Shown here piece after piece: positions 18,831-27,430 of a DNA stretch of 64,000 nt (positions are counted from its first letter, which is position 1; the number at the start of each line of letters is the position of its first letter). A program made the position numbers and the translations under genes. The notes below the pieces were generated by a model. The model worked only from the letters and a program-made list of their open reading frames with translations. It searched no databases and was not told the DNA's origin. Source of the stretch: Polyangium sp. 6x1 (GTDB lineage: Bacteria; Myxococcota_A; Polyangia; Polyangiales; Polyangiaceae). The DNA is taken from contig NZ_JARZHH010000040.1 in the NCBI RefSeq assembly GCF_029946515.1, forward strand, positions 27,904-91,903, written 5' to 3'.

Positions 18831-19673
18831 ATGCGTGTTCTCGGTCGAGGGGCTCTGCTCGTGGCGTTGACGGCGGCTCTTACGGGATGCACCGCGGAGG
18901 TGGGACCGGAGGTGGAGGCGGATGCGGTCGGCGAGGCGGCGAACGCGATCGAGAAGGCCAATGCGCTCCACATGAATGCCCTCCACATGAATGCGCTTCA
19001 CATGAATGCGCTTCACATGAACGCGCTCCACATGAACTCGCTCGATCCGGATTCGCTCTCGGCGATCCGGGATCCCTCGGCGAACGGCGATCTCGCGCGT
19101 GAGTTCATCAAGTATGCCGTGGCCTGCGCGCTCCCCACGACGAAGTCGTTCGAGTTCGTCTGGACCGACGCGCAGAACGTCGAGCATCCGGAGTCGTATC
19201 CGGGGGTGCTCGGCCTCGCCCCGGATTGGGCCACGCAGGCCCCCGGGCTGACCGGCCAGCGCATGGTGAGCGCCTGTTTGGCCGCGCTCACGAACTACTA
19301 CGGCCAGCACGTCCTCGTCTCGATCCGCGCCCCCGAGGCACCGCTCAAGGTGATCGACCCGAACGAGCTCACGGCGTACCCGGAGATCGAGGGCGCGTTT
19401 TGGGGCAACCTCTGGGGTGATACGCCCTACCTGCACGCCTGTTACAACAGCGATACGATCGCGAACTCCCGCTCCCATATGCGCGATTGCGCTGCGGGCC
19501 ACCTCAATCCCGACAACTCCCTCGAGGAATGTGGTCCGATCGACATCGTCGGGCCCTGCGACACCGTCTGCGAGGCGGTGAACAGCGAGACGGGCGCGTA
19601 TCCGTCCTGCGTCCTGCACCCGGGCGTGGAGCTCTCCCCGACCGAGCACGTCATCACGACCGCGCTGCCCTGA
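18831..19673 (+). CDS. Secreted Cys-rich lipoprotein, paralog 2 of a tandem family; contains a (ALHMN)x5 pentapeptide-like repeat
   Basis: GGAGG lies 7 nt before ATG. The lipobox signal is MRVLGRGALLVALTAALTGC. Motifs shared with 19865-20701 and 20866-21696 are GCAL, LG(L/V)APxWAT, MVSAC(L/V)AA, EGAFWGNLWG, ACYN, ANSR, RDCAxGHL, EECGxIDxVGPC, YPSC and a C-terminal ITT(A/G)LP. Confidence 0.75.
   Translation: MRVLGRGALLVALTAALTGCTAEVGPEVEADAVGEAANAIEKANALHMNALHMNALHMNALHMNALHMNSLDPDSLSAIRDPSANGDLAREFIKYAVACALPTTKSFEFVWTDAQNVEHPESYPGVLGLAPDWATQAPGLTGQRMVSACLAALTNYYGQHVLVSIRAPEAPLKVIDPNELTAYPEIEGAFWGNLWGDTPYLHACYNSDTIANSRSHMRDCAAGHLNPDNSLEECGPIDIVGPCDTVCEAVNSETGAYPSCVLHPGVELSPTEHVITTALP
18960..19049 (+). 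repeat. Perfect 15-bp tandem repeat (5 units + 1 degenerate) encoding (N-A-L-H-M)x5 inside paralog 2
   Basis: AATGCSCTYCACATG x5 from 18960, sixth unit AACTCGCTCGATCCG. It corresponds to shorter N-x-L-x-L pentapeptide-like tracts in paralogs 3 and 4. Confidence 0.8.
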
Positions 19674-19753
19674 ACGGGCCCGCCCCCCCCGATTCCGCCC
19701 GCACGACCCATCTTTATCCTGCCCGCGCGCGCGGCCGACATGATGTTTCGGCC

Positions 19754-19769
19754 GCGCAACGCGTTGCGC
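19754..19769. promoter_or_regulatory. Perfect 16-bp palindrome GCGCAACGCGTTGCGC upstream of Cys-rich paralog 3
   Basis: About 95 bp before ATG 19865. The GCGCAACG half-site recurs upstream of paralog 4 (CGCGCAACGCC at ~20752 and AGCGCAACGTT at ~20842). Confidence 0.3.
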
Positions 19770-19864
19770 CCTCCTGCATCGAAGCACGAACCCGTCGGCG
19801 ATCCGACCCACGCGTGTTTTTCCGTGTGTCGTTCATGGCGCCGGCGAACGTCGGAGGAAACAAC

Positions 19865-20701
19865 ATGCGTATCGAGCTTTGGGCGATGGGACTCTCTGCT
19901 CTCTTTTCCTTGGGTTGCGCGGGGGATTTGGTGGATCTCCCCGACGACGTCCTCGACGGCGAGGGCGCGCTCGTCGAAGGCAACAAGCTATCGTCGAACT
20001 CCCTCGCGCTGAATTCGCTGGCGCTGAACGGCGTCGTCCTGAACGGGATCGCCATCAACACCATGGACGCGAAGTCGCTCGCGGCGATCCAGGATCCGAC
20101 GGACCGGGGCGCGCTGGCCCGCGCGTTTCTCCGGTACGCCATCGGTTGCGCGCTCCAGACGTCGCAGAGCTTCTCGTTCACCTGGACCGACGCGACGAAC
20201 GTCGTGCACGCCGAGACGTATCCGGGCGAGCTCGGCGTCGCCCCGGCCTGGGCCACGGGGCCGCTCGATCTCAATGGTCAGCACATGGTGAGCGCCTGCG
20301 TGGCGGCCCGCGTCAATTATTACGAGGTGCCGGTGCTCCTCTCGCTCCGGTCGATGGAGTATTCCCTCCGGCTCCTCTCCGGCTCCCAGGAGCTCGTCGA
20401 TTTTCCGAATGTCGAGGGCGCGTTCTGGGGCAACCTCTGGGGCGCGTCACCGGTCATGTACGCCTGCTACAACAGCGCGACCGTCGCGAACTCCCGCGCG
20501 CTCCGCCGGGACTGCGCCACGGGCCATCTGCGCGACGACGGCACGATCGAGGAGTGCGGCATGATCGACGTCGTCGGCCCGTGCAGCTCCGTGTGCGCGT
20601 CCTTGAATGGCGGCGGCCAGTATTACCCGTTCTGCGTGGAAAAACCCTACGCGGCCGGCAATGCCAATACGAAGCTCGTCATCACGACCGCGCTGCCCTG
20701 A
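19865..20701 (+). CDS. Secreted Cys-rich lipoprotein, paralog 3
   Basis: GGAGGA precedes ATG 19865. The signal is MRIELWAMGLSALFSLGC. It has the same conserved Cys and motif pattern and the repeat SLALNSLALNGVVLNGIAIN. Confidence 0.75.
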   Translation: MRIELWAMGLSALFSLGCAGDLVDLPDDVLDGEGALVEGNKLSSNSLALNSLALNGVVLNGIAINTMDAKSLAAIQDPTDRGALARAFLRYAIGCALQTSQSFSFTWTDATNVVHAETYPGELGVAPAWATGPLDLNGQHMVSACVAARVNYYEVPVLLSLRSMEYSLRLLSGSQELVDFPNVEGAFWGNLWGASPVMYACYNSATVANSRALRRDCATGHLRDDGTIEECGMIDVVGPCSSVCASLNGGGQYYPFCVEKPYAAGNANTKLVITTALP

Positions 20702-20716
20702 TCGCCGTTTCCGGCC

Positions 20717-20741
20717 GGGACACGCCTCGCGCGCCGTGTCC
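20717..20741 (+). terminator. GC-rich hairpin GGGACACG-N10-CGTGTCC 16 bp after the paralog-3 stop
   Basis: Seven- to eight-bp perfect stem. There is no U-tract, which is common in high-GC genomes. It could attenuate read-through into paralog 4. Confidence 0.25.
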
Positions 20742-20865
20742 GACCCTGCCGCGCAACGCCCTCGAAGGAAGGCTCATCGAACCGAGCGCCCCCGCGGTGC
20801 GCGTCCGCCTGTCTTCGTTCGCGGACGAACCACCCCAGGGAGCGCAACGTTCCTTGGAGGTGCAT

Positions 20866-21696
20866 ATGCGAGCTTGGTCATGGTGGATGGTGGTCCTGGC
20901 GGTGACCCCCGGTTGTACAGCTTACATCGACGAAAGCTCCGATGACGTCATGGAGGCCGAGGTCGCGCTGGTGCAGGGAAACCAGCTCTCCTCGAACGCG
21001 CTCGCGTTGAATTCGCTCGCGCTGAATTCGCTCGCCCTGAACGCGATCGCGACGAAGACCATCGACCCGAACGCCCTCGCGGCGATCCAGGACCCAGGGC
21101 CGAGTGGCACCCTCGCCCGGGCATTTTTGAAATATGCCGTCGGCTGCGCCTTCACCACGGCGCAGAGCTTCGCGTTCACGTGGACCGACATCGACGGCCT
21201 CGCGCACGACGAGCTCTACAAGGGCGAGCTCGGCGTCGCGTCCGGCTGGGCCACGGGGCCGCTCAATACGCAGGGCAAGTACATGGTGAGCGCCTGCCTG
21301 GCGGCCCGGGTCAACTATTACCAGGTGCCCGTCACCATTTCGATCCGGTCGCTCACCGAGCCGCTGAAGACGCTCACCGGCAGCCAGGAGCTCGCCCAGT
21401 ATCCCGACGTCGAAGGCGCGTTCTGGGGCAACCTCTGGGCGCCCACGCCATTCCTTCACGCTTGCTACAACGACAGCACAGTCTCGAATTCCCGCTCTTG
21501 GAAGCGCGATTGCGCCGTGGGGCACCTGCTCGCCGGCGGCGGCGTCGAGGAGTGCGGGATGATCGACATCGTCGGCCCCTGCTGCAACGTGTGCCAGACG
21601 TTGAACAGCGCGGGCCAGTATTATCCGTCCTGCATCGAAAGGCCCGGCCAGAGCTCGACGACGACGAAATTCGTGATCACGACTGGATTGCCTTGA
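20866..21696 (+). CDS. Secreted Cys-rich lipoprotein, paralog 4
   Basis: GGAGG precedes ATG 20866. The signal is MRAWSWWMVVLAVTPGC. Same family motifs, with the repeat ALALNSLALNSLALN. Confidence 0.75.
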   Translation: MRAWSWWMVVLAVTPGCTAYIDESSDDVMEAEVALVQGNQLSSNALALNSLALNSLALNAIATKTIDPNALAAIQDPGPSGTLARAFLKYAVGCAFTTAQSFAFTWTDIDGLAHDELYKGELGVASGWATGPLNTQGKYMVSACLAARVNYYQVPVTISIRSLTEPLKTLTGSQELAQYPDVEGAFWGNLWAPTPFLHACYNDSTVSNSRSWKRDCAVGHLLAGGGVEECGMIDIVGPCCNVCQTLNSAGQYYPSCIERPGQSSTTTKFVITTGLP

Positions 21697-21754
21697 TACC
21701 ACCCTGAAAGACCGGTCGCCCTTTCCACGCCGACCTCCGTCCAGGCGGCCCGCC

Positions 21755-24700
21755 GTGCCATTGCAATTCGACCCGGTCGAATATCGATTGTCGTTTCCTT
21801 TCCGATGGTACCTGGACGCCAGAAATCCTAGGGTTACGCTTCCCCTCGTGCGGCCGGGAGAAGTGCTCGGTGGACGCTTCCGCGTCGAGGCGCGGGTCAA
21901 TGCAGGGGGGATGGGCGAAATCCTTCGCGCCATCGACCTCGCGACGGGACACGTCGTCGCCGCGAAGATCCTCGTCGCCGTCTCCCCCGAGAGCCTCGAG
22001 CGCTTCCGTCGCGAGGCGCAGATCCTCGCGCGCCTCTCGCACCCGGGCATCGTCCGCTACGTCGCCTACGACACCTCCTCGGCGTCGAGCCCGCTGCTCG
22101 TGATGGAATGGCTCGAAGGCGAGGACCTCGGGCGCAGGCTCGCCCGCGGGCCGCTCTCGCTCCGCGAGGCCGTCACGCTCGGCCAGCGCCTCGCCGAGGC
22201 CCTCGCCGTCGCGCACGACGCCGGCGTCGTGCACCGCGACCTCAAGCCGCAAAACGTCTTCCTCGTGAACGGGTCCGTGGGCGATCCGCGGATCCTCGAC
22301 TTCGGCATCGCGCATTGTGGTGAGGCCTCACGCATCACCCAGACCGGCACCGTCATCGGCACGCCGAGCTACATGGCGCCCGAGCAAGTCCGCAGCGGCA
22401 GCATCGTCAAGGCGAGCGCCGACGTCTTCTCGCTCGGCTGCCTGATCTTCGAGTGCATCACCGGCGCGCCGCCCTTCCGCGCCGATCACACGATCGCCGT
22501 CCTCGCGAAGATCATCTTCGAGGACGCGCCGCGCCTCAGCGAGCGCGCGCCCTCCGTGCCCTCGTGGCTCGACGGCCTCATCGCCCGCATGCTCGCCAAG
22601 GAGCCGCTCGGGAGGCCCCCAGACGGCGCGGCCGTCGCGATCGCGCTCGCCGCCGAGAAGGACCTCGATCCCCCGAGCTCGGAGGCCCCGCGCTCCTCCG
22701 CGCCCCGATCGACGCTCGGCGAGGGCGAACGGAGGTTCCTCGGCGTCGTGCTCCGCGGCCGCCGGGAAGGCTTCGGCCCGTTTGGCCCGGCGACCACGCT
22801 CGCCTGCGCCTCGCCGACGGACGACCTCGGCGCGATCGCCGAGCGCTTCGGCGGGCAGCTCGAGGTCTTCGCCGACGGCACCGCGGCCGTGGTGATCGAC
22901 AGGACGCGCGTGCCCACGGACGTCGCGGCCCACGTCGCCCGCTGCGCGCTCGCGCTCTGGGAGCGCGCGCCGGGCGCCGCCATGGCCGTCGCCGCGGGCT
23001 TTGGCGAGCGCGCGCGTGGCGTGCCCGTCGGCGAGGCGATCGACCGCGCGGCGCGGCTCCTCCACGCGCGGAGCGGAGATGCGCGCATCGCCCTCGACGA
23101 GACCACGGTGGGCCTGCTCGACGCGCGCTTCGACGTCGAGGCCCTCGAAGGCGGCGGCTTCGCGCTGCTCGGCGAGCGCGCGAGCTTCGAGGTCTCCCGG
23201 CCCCTGCTCGGCAAGCCCACGCCGTGCGTCGGCCGCGAGCACGAGCTCGGCCTCCTCGACCTCACGTTCGGCGCCTGCAAGAACGAGCCGGCCGCGCGCG
23301 TCGTCGTCGTCTCGGGCCTCGCCGGCATCGGCAAATCGCGCCTGCTCCACGAGTTCGTCGAACGCCAGCGGGCCGCGGTCGAGCCCGCCGAGATCTGGTT
23401 CGGCCGCGGCGATCCCTTGCGCGTCGCTTCGAGCTTCGGCCTGCTCGCCGAGGTCCTGCGCGGCGCCTCGGGCATCCGCGGCGGCGAGACCCTCGCGCGC
23501 CGCCGCGAGCTCTTCTTCGCCCGCGTCGCTCTCCGCGTCCCCGAGCGGGATCGCCGCCGCGTCGCGAACTTCCTCGGCGAGCTCGCGGGCGTGCCTTTCC
23601 CCGACGACGACGACTTGCCGCTGCGCGCCGCGCGCCAGGACCCCGAGCTCTGCGGCGAGCAGATGCAGCGCGCCCTCCGTGATTTCTTACGCGCCGAGTG
23701 CGCGGCCAAACCCCTCGTGCTCCTGCTCGAAGACGTGCACTGGGGGGATCGCGCCTCGCTGCTCGCGCTCGACGCTGCGCTCGAAGGCCTCGCGTTCGAG
23801 CCGATCCTCCTCTGCGCCTCGGCGCGCCCCGAGATCGACGAGCTCTTCCCCGGCCTCTGGTCGAGCCGCGGCCGCCAGGACGTGCGCCTCCGGCATCTCT
23901 CGCCGCGCGCGTGCGTGCGCCTCGTCCGCCACGCGCTCGGCGAGCTCCGCGAAGGGCTCGAGGAGCGCCTCGTCGCGTCTTCCGAGGGCCACCCGTTTTT
24001 CCTGGAAGAGCTGATCCGCGCCGAGGCCGAGGGCCGCGGGGGCACCCCGCCCGGGACGGTCGTGGCCATGGTGCAATCGCGCCTCGAACGATTGGAGCCG
24101 AGCGCGCGCCGCACCTTGCGCGCCGCGAGCATCCTCGGCGAGGTCTTCTGGCGGGGCGCCGTCGCGCGCCTCGCGGGCGATGACGACGAGGCCGCCACGC
24201 GCGATCTCGCGGCCCTCGTCACGCACGAGATCGTCACGCGCCAGCGCGAGAGCCGCATCCCGGGCGAACCTCAATATGCGTTTCGCCAGGCGCTCTGGCG
24301 CGAGGGCGCGTATGCGATGCTCACGGACGAGGATCGCGCGCTCGGCCATTACCTCGCGGCCGAATGGCTGGAGGAGAAGGGCGAGGCCGATGCGCTCGTC
24401 CTGGCGGAGCATTTCGAGCGCGGCGGCGCGGCGGCGCGGGCGGCCTCGTTTTACCTGGCCTCGGCCGAGCAATCGGCGGCCCGCAAGGATTACCTCGACG
24501 CCGAGCGATGTTATGGCAAGGCCGAGGCGCTCTGGGGCGAGCTGCCGACGCTGGCGCAGCGCGGCCGCGGCCTCTCGCGTTTTCGCCTCGGCCGCTATCA
24601 CGACGCGCTCACCGTGCTCGCCCGTGCGCGTGAAGCCGCGGCGCGGCGCGGTGAGGCGTCGCTCGTCGTGGAGCTCTACCTCGACGAGGCCATGGTGCTC

Positions 24701-25684
24701 GACTGGACGGGCGAATATCGCGAGGCCGAGCGCCGCGTGCAGTGCGCGCGTGTCGAGGAGCAGGCCCTCGCGTCGCGCTCGCTGCTCCTCGAAGCGCGCG
24801 TCTTGCTGGGCGTCGGGCGATCGGCGATGCGGGCCGAGCGCGAGGAGGAGGCCGCCGACGAGCTTTCACGCGCGGCCGAGCTCGCGAGTCGCCTCGGCGA
24901 CGAGGGATACGAGACCTACATGATCGCGCATCTCCTCCTCGGATACCTCCTGCCCTTGCTCGGCCGGGTCGACGAGGCCGCGGCCTTGCTCGACGAGGTC
25001 ATTCGACGCTGCGAGGAGCGCGGCGATCTTTTGCACCTCGGCGCCGCGTGGAACACCCGCGCCATGGTTCGCGCTCTTCGCGGCGATCGCGACGGCATGA
25101 TCCGGGACTTCGAGCGCACGAGCGAGCTCGGTCGTGAGCTCGGCCAGCCCACGATGGAGCTCGCGGGCCATTACAACCTCGCCGAGCACCTGTACTGGAT
25201 GGACGACGTCGAGGCCGCCGAGCCCATGATCCGCGCGGCGCTCGGCGTCGCGGCGCGGCGGGCCGGCTGCGTGCGTCCGGCCATGCTCGCGCTGCTCGAC
25301 GCGCGGATCGCCCTCGTCCGCGGCGACGCGCGGACGGCGCGCGCCATTGCCTCGGCCTTGCGCGGGGGCGCGGCCGAGATGTCGCCCTCGGAGGACGTGC
25401 TCTGCGCGATGATCGAGCTCGCGACGGGGGACGGCGAGGGCAGCTTCTCGGACGTCGATGCGGCGTGGGAGGCGCTCGAAGCCCGCTCGGCGCGCGAGAG
25501 CGTGGGGCAGGAGCACATCGAGGTTTTGGAGGCGCGGGCCATGCACGCCTCGCGCCTCGGCCATCGCGAGCGCGCCATGCGCCAGCTCGACGAGGCGATC
25601 GCTGCGGCGTCGCGGATCCCGAACGTCATGAGCGAGCGGCTCCGGCGCAGGCGGGACGAGCTCGCGTGCCTGGGCGCGGCTTGA
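21755..25684 (+). CDS. Multidomain Ser/Thr protein kinase (kinase + cyclase-homology-like + AAA(STAND) + TPR), paralog of 14747-18565
   Basis: Kinase motifs AGGMGEILRA, HRDLKPQNVFL, DFGIAH. RRFLGVVLRG. Walker A GLAGIGKSRL, Walker B LLLLEDVHW. TPR-like C-terminus. It is co-linear with 14747-18565 at about 60% identity. An in-frame GTG at 21848 would give an N-terminus congruent with the paralogs. Confidence 0.85.
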   Translation: MPLQFDPVEYRLSFPFRWYLDARNPRVTLPLVRPGEVLGGRFRVEARVNAGGMGEILRAIDLATGHVVAAKILVAVSPESLERFRREAQILARLSHPGIVRYVAYDTSSASSPLLVMEWLEGEDLGRRLARGPLSLREAVTLGQRLAEALAVAHDAGVVHRDLKPQNVFLVNGSVGDPRILDFGIAHCGEASRITQTGTVIGTPSYMAPEQVRSGSIVKASADVFSLGCLIFECITGAPPFRADHTIAVLAKIIFEDAPRLSERAPSVPSWLDGLIARMLAKEPLGRPPDGAAVAIALAAEKDLDPPSSEAPRSSAPRSTLGEGERRFLGVVLRGRREGFGPFGPATTLACASPTDDLGAIAERFGGQLEVFADGTAAVVIDRTRVPTDVAAHVARCALALWERAPGAAMAVAAGFGERARGVPVGEAIDRAARLLHARSGDARIALDETTVGLLDARFDVEALEGGGFALLGERASFEVSRPLLGKPTPCVGREHELGLLDLTFGACKNEPAARVVVVSGLAGIGKSRLLHEFVERQRAAVEPAEIWFGRGDPLRVASSFGLLAEVLRGASGIRGGETLARRRELFFARVALRVPERDRRRVANFLGELAGVPFPDDDDLPLRAARQDPELCGEQMQRALRDFLRAECAAKPLVLLLEDVHWGDRASLLALDAALEGLAFEPILLCASARPEIDELFPGLWSSRGRQDVRLRHLSPRACVRLVRHALGELREGLEERLVASSEGHPFFLEELIRAEAEGRGGTPPGTVVAMVQSRLERLEPSARRTLRAASILGEVFWRGAVARLAGDDDEAATRDLAALVTHEIVTRQRESRIPGEPQYAFRQALWREGAYAMLTDEDRALGHYLAAEWLEEKGEADALVLAEHFERGGAAARAASFYLASAEQSAARKDYLDAERCYGKAEALWGELPTLAQRGRGLSRFRLGRYHDALTVLARAREAAARRGEASLVVELYLDEAMVLDWTGEYREAERRVQCARVEEQALASRSLLLEARVLLGVGRSAMRAEREEEAADELSRAAELASRLGDEGYETYMIAHLLLGYLLPLLGRVDEAAALLDEVIRRCEERGDLLHLGAAWNTRAMVRALRGDRDGMIRDFERTSELGRELGQPTMELAGHYNLAEHLYWMDDVEAAEPMIRAALGVAARRAGCVRPAMLALLDARIALVRGDARTARAIASALRGGAAEMSPSEDVLCAMIELATGDGEGSFSDVDAAWEALEARSARESVGQEHIEVLEARAMHASRLGHRERAMRQLDEAIAAASRIPNVMSERLRRRRDELACLGAA

Positions 25685-25685
25685 T

Positions 25686-26147
25686 TCAGCCTTCGTGCTT
25701 CGCCTCGCGGGCTCTTTCGTTCCTCGCCGGACCAACCTGGTAATCCAGCAAGGGGACGAGGGGCCCGAGCACCTCGGCTCCATTCTGCATGCAGTCTGCC
25801 CTGCGCTTGGCCTGCGCGGCGGCCTCGGCGAGGAGGGTGGCGATCTCGTGCCGCGTCACCTGGCGCGTCTCGTGGAGCAGCTCCGTGAGCTTGTGCGCGG
25901 CGGGCAGGAGCTCGCCGATTCGCAGATCCCGCGCGAACGCCGCGGCCAGCCGCTCCTTGTCTTTCTCGTCGAACCCTGCGCGGTTGGCGTCTTCGGGCCT
26001 GAGCCCGAGCAGGTTCTTGACTGCGACGTCGAATCCGTCGCGCGTCTTCGCGAGGTGATGCATTTGAACCGGCCGGATGTCCGTCATCTCGATATCGCTC
26101 GCGTCGATGACGAGATCGCCCACCTTGGGATGTTTCGGGTCGCTCAT
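25686..26147 (-). CDS. Hypothetical protein (about 153 aa)
   Basis: Start at MSDPKHPKVGD is preceded by GGAGAGGGGGG. The composition is balanced. The longer raw ORF upstream is low-complexity R/G-rich and is excluded. Confidence 0.45.
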   Translation of the reverse strand: MSDPKHPKVGDLVIDASDIEMTDIRPVQMHHLAKTRDGFDVAVKNLLGLRPEDANRAGFDEKDKERLAAAFARDLRIGELLPAAHKLTELLHETRQVTRHEIATLLAEAAAQAKRRADCMQNGAEVLGPLVPLLDYQVGPARNERAREAKHEG

Positions 26148-26281
26148 GATCGTCCCCCCTCTCCGCGGCTTTCCGCGTTCGAGGTTGACGATCTCACAAA
26201 TGGAGCGGAACTTCCACTGCCTCTGGCAGGAAAACGACGCTCCCTCCGCCACGCTCTGCGGGGGCGCGCCATTCGCTTCGT

Positions 26282-26866
26282 TCAGCGCCGCGCGACCACG
26301 CCGCCGAGCACGATCGCGTGCATCCCCGCGGAGAGCCTCGCCACCTCGTCCCGCGCTTCCATGAAGATCCACGGCGGCGTGAAGCTCTTGTAGGCCCGGA
26401 GGATCACCTTGGCCGTCAGATCCGGGTCGGCCACGTCGAGCTCCCCGGCCTCGGTCCCTCGCCGCAGCAGGTCCGCGAGCAGCGCCCGTTCTTCCTGGTA
26501 AAACCGCTCGGACGCGCTCTTCACGGCGGGGCTGCCGCAATGGAAGAGGTCACACGCGTGCGCGCCGCCGTCCGCCTGCGTGAAATACGCTCCCAGCCGC
26601 GCGTCGAGCGCGCCCACGAGCCGCTCGCCGAAGGACCGCCCGTCCGCCGCCGCCGCCGCGCGCATCCCTTCGAGCACGACCTCGTACCGCGAGCGCGACA
26701 GCTCCTCGACGATCGCCTCCTTCGACGGGAATTCGAGGTACACCGAACCCACGCCCACGCCGGCTTCTCGCGCCACGTCCGCCACCGTGGTTTTTTGCGG
26801 CCCGTAATGCCGGAGCAATCGATCGGCGGCCTGGAGGATCTGCTCGCGGCGCGCGGTTTCGTTCAT
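26282..26866 (-). CDS. TetR/AcrR-family transcriptional regulator
   Basis: N-terminal helix-turn-helix TTVADVAREAGVGVGSVYLEFPSKEAI, 194 aa with an all-helical C-terminal ligand domain. Start at MNETARRE. Confidence 0.8.
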   Translation of the reverse strand: MNETARREQILQAADRLLRHYGPQKTTVADVAREAGVGVGSVYLEFPSKEAIVEELSRSRYEVVLEGMRAAAAADGRSFGERLVGALDARLGAYFTQADGGAHACDLFHCGSPAVKSASERFYQEERALLADLLRRGTEAGELDVADPDLTAKVILRAYKSFTPPWIFMEARDEVARLSAGMHAIVLGGVVARR

Positions 26867-26883
26867 GAAGTTTCCCTCGAACC

Positions 26884-26909
26884 GTGAACGAGTTTGCCAC
26901 AGGTTCACG
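26884..26909. promoter_or_regulatory. Inverted repeat CGTGAAC-N12-GTTCACG 18-43 bp upstream of the TetR start; candidate TetR operator
   Basis: It lies in the 94-bp intergenic region (26867-26960) directly upstream of the TetR gene, which is on the minus strand. Confidence 0.3.
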
Positions 26910-26960
26910 CCCGAGGGATCCCCCCATCGTCACGGCCTTGCTCGGGGCCGTGCGTCCGGG

Positions 26961-27356
26961 TCACTCGGTGGGCGCGGTGCGCGGGGCCATCGGGCCGGGG
27001 GTGGTGCGGGGGCGAGGTGTGGCGCGCAGATCCGCGGGGGCCGTGCCGTCCTTCGCCGTGGCGGCCGGGGCCGCCCCCGCCGGGGCCTGGGCCGTGGTCG
27101 TCCCTGCGGGCTTCGGGGCCGCCGAGGACGCAGGATCGGCCGGCAGGTCGGCGGCGGACATGGCGGGCACGGGCAGCGGGCCGAGGTCGACCTTGGGCGG
27201 GCTCGCGGGCACGACGTCCATCGGCTTCGGCGCCGTGAGCGGCTCAGCGGAGGCGGCGGGCGAGGGCGAAGGCGTGCCGTCCTCGCAACCGAGGGCGAAG
27301 GGCGCGAGCCCGAGGGCGAGCGCGGCGAGGGCGAGCGACGTCTGCGTGCGGGTCAT
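26961..27356 (-). CDS. Small Pro/Ala-rich putative lipoprotein
   Basis: The signal with lipobox is MTRTQTSLALAALALGLAPFALGC. The mature part is low-complexity Ala/Pro-rich, so the gene call is tentative in this GC-rich DNA. Confidence 0.35.
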   Translation of the reverse strand: MTRTQTSLALAALALGLAPFALGCEDGTPSPSPAASAEPLTAPKPMDVVPASPPKVDLGPLPVPAMSAADLPADPASSAAPKPAGTTTAQAPAGAAPAATAKDGTAPADLRATPRPRTTPGPMAPRTAPTE

Positions 27357-27430
27357 GCGTTCCGGCTTAACAGAACGACGGCGCGGCGTCACCGGCGCGC
27401 GGTTTGCAGCCCTGCACAGCGGGAGGAGCC

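Noticed and set aside
25686-26540. 284-aa long form of the small hypothetical ORF
   Set aside because: The upstream 130 codons are R/G-rich low-complexity and lack a ribosome-binding site. The internal ATG at 26147 has a G-rich Shine-Dalgarno sequence and gives a compact balanced protein.
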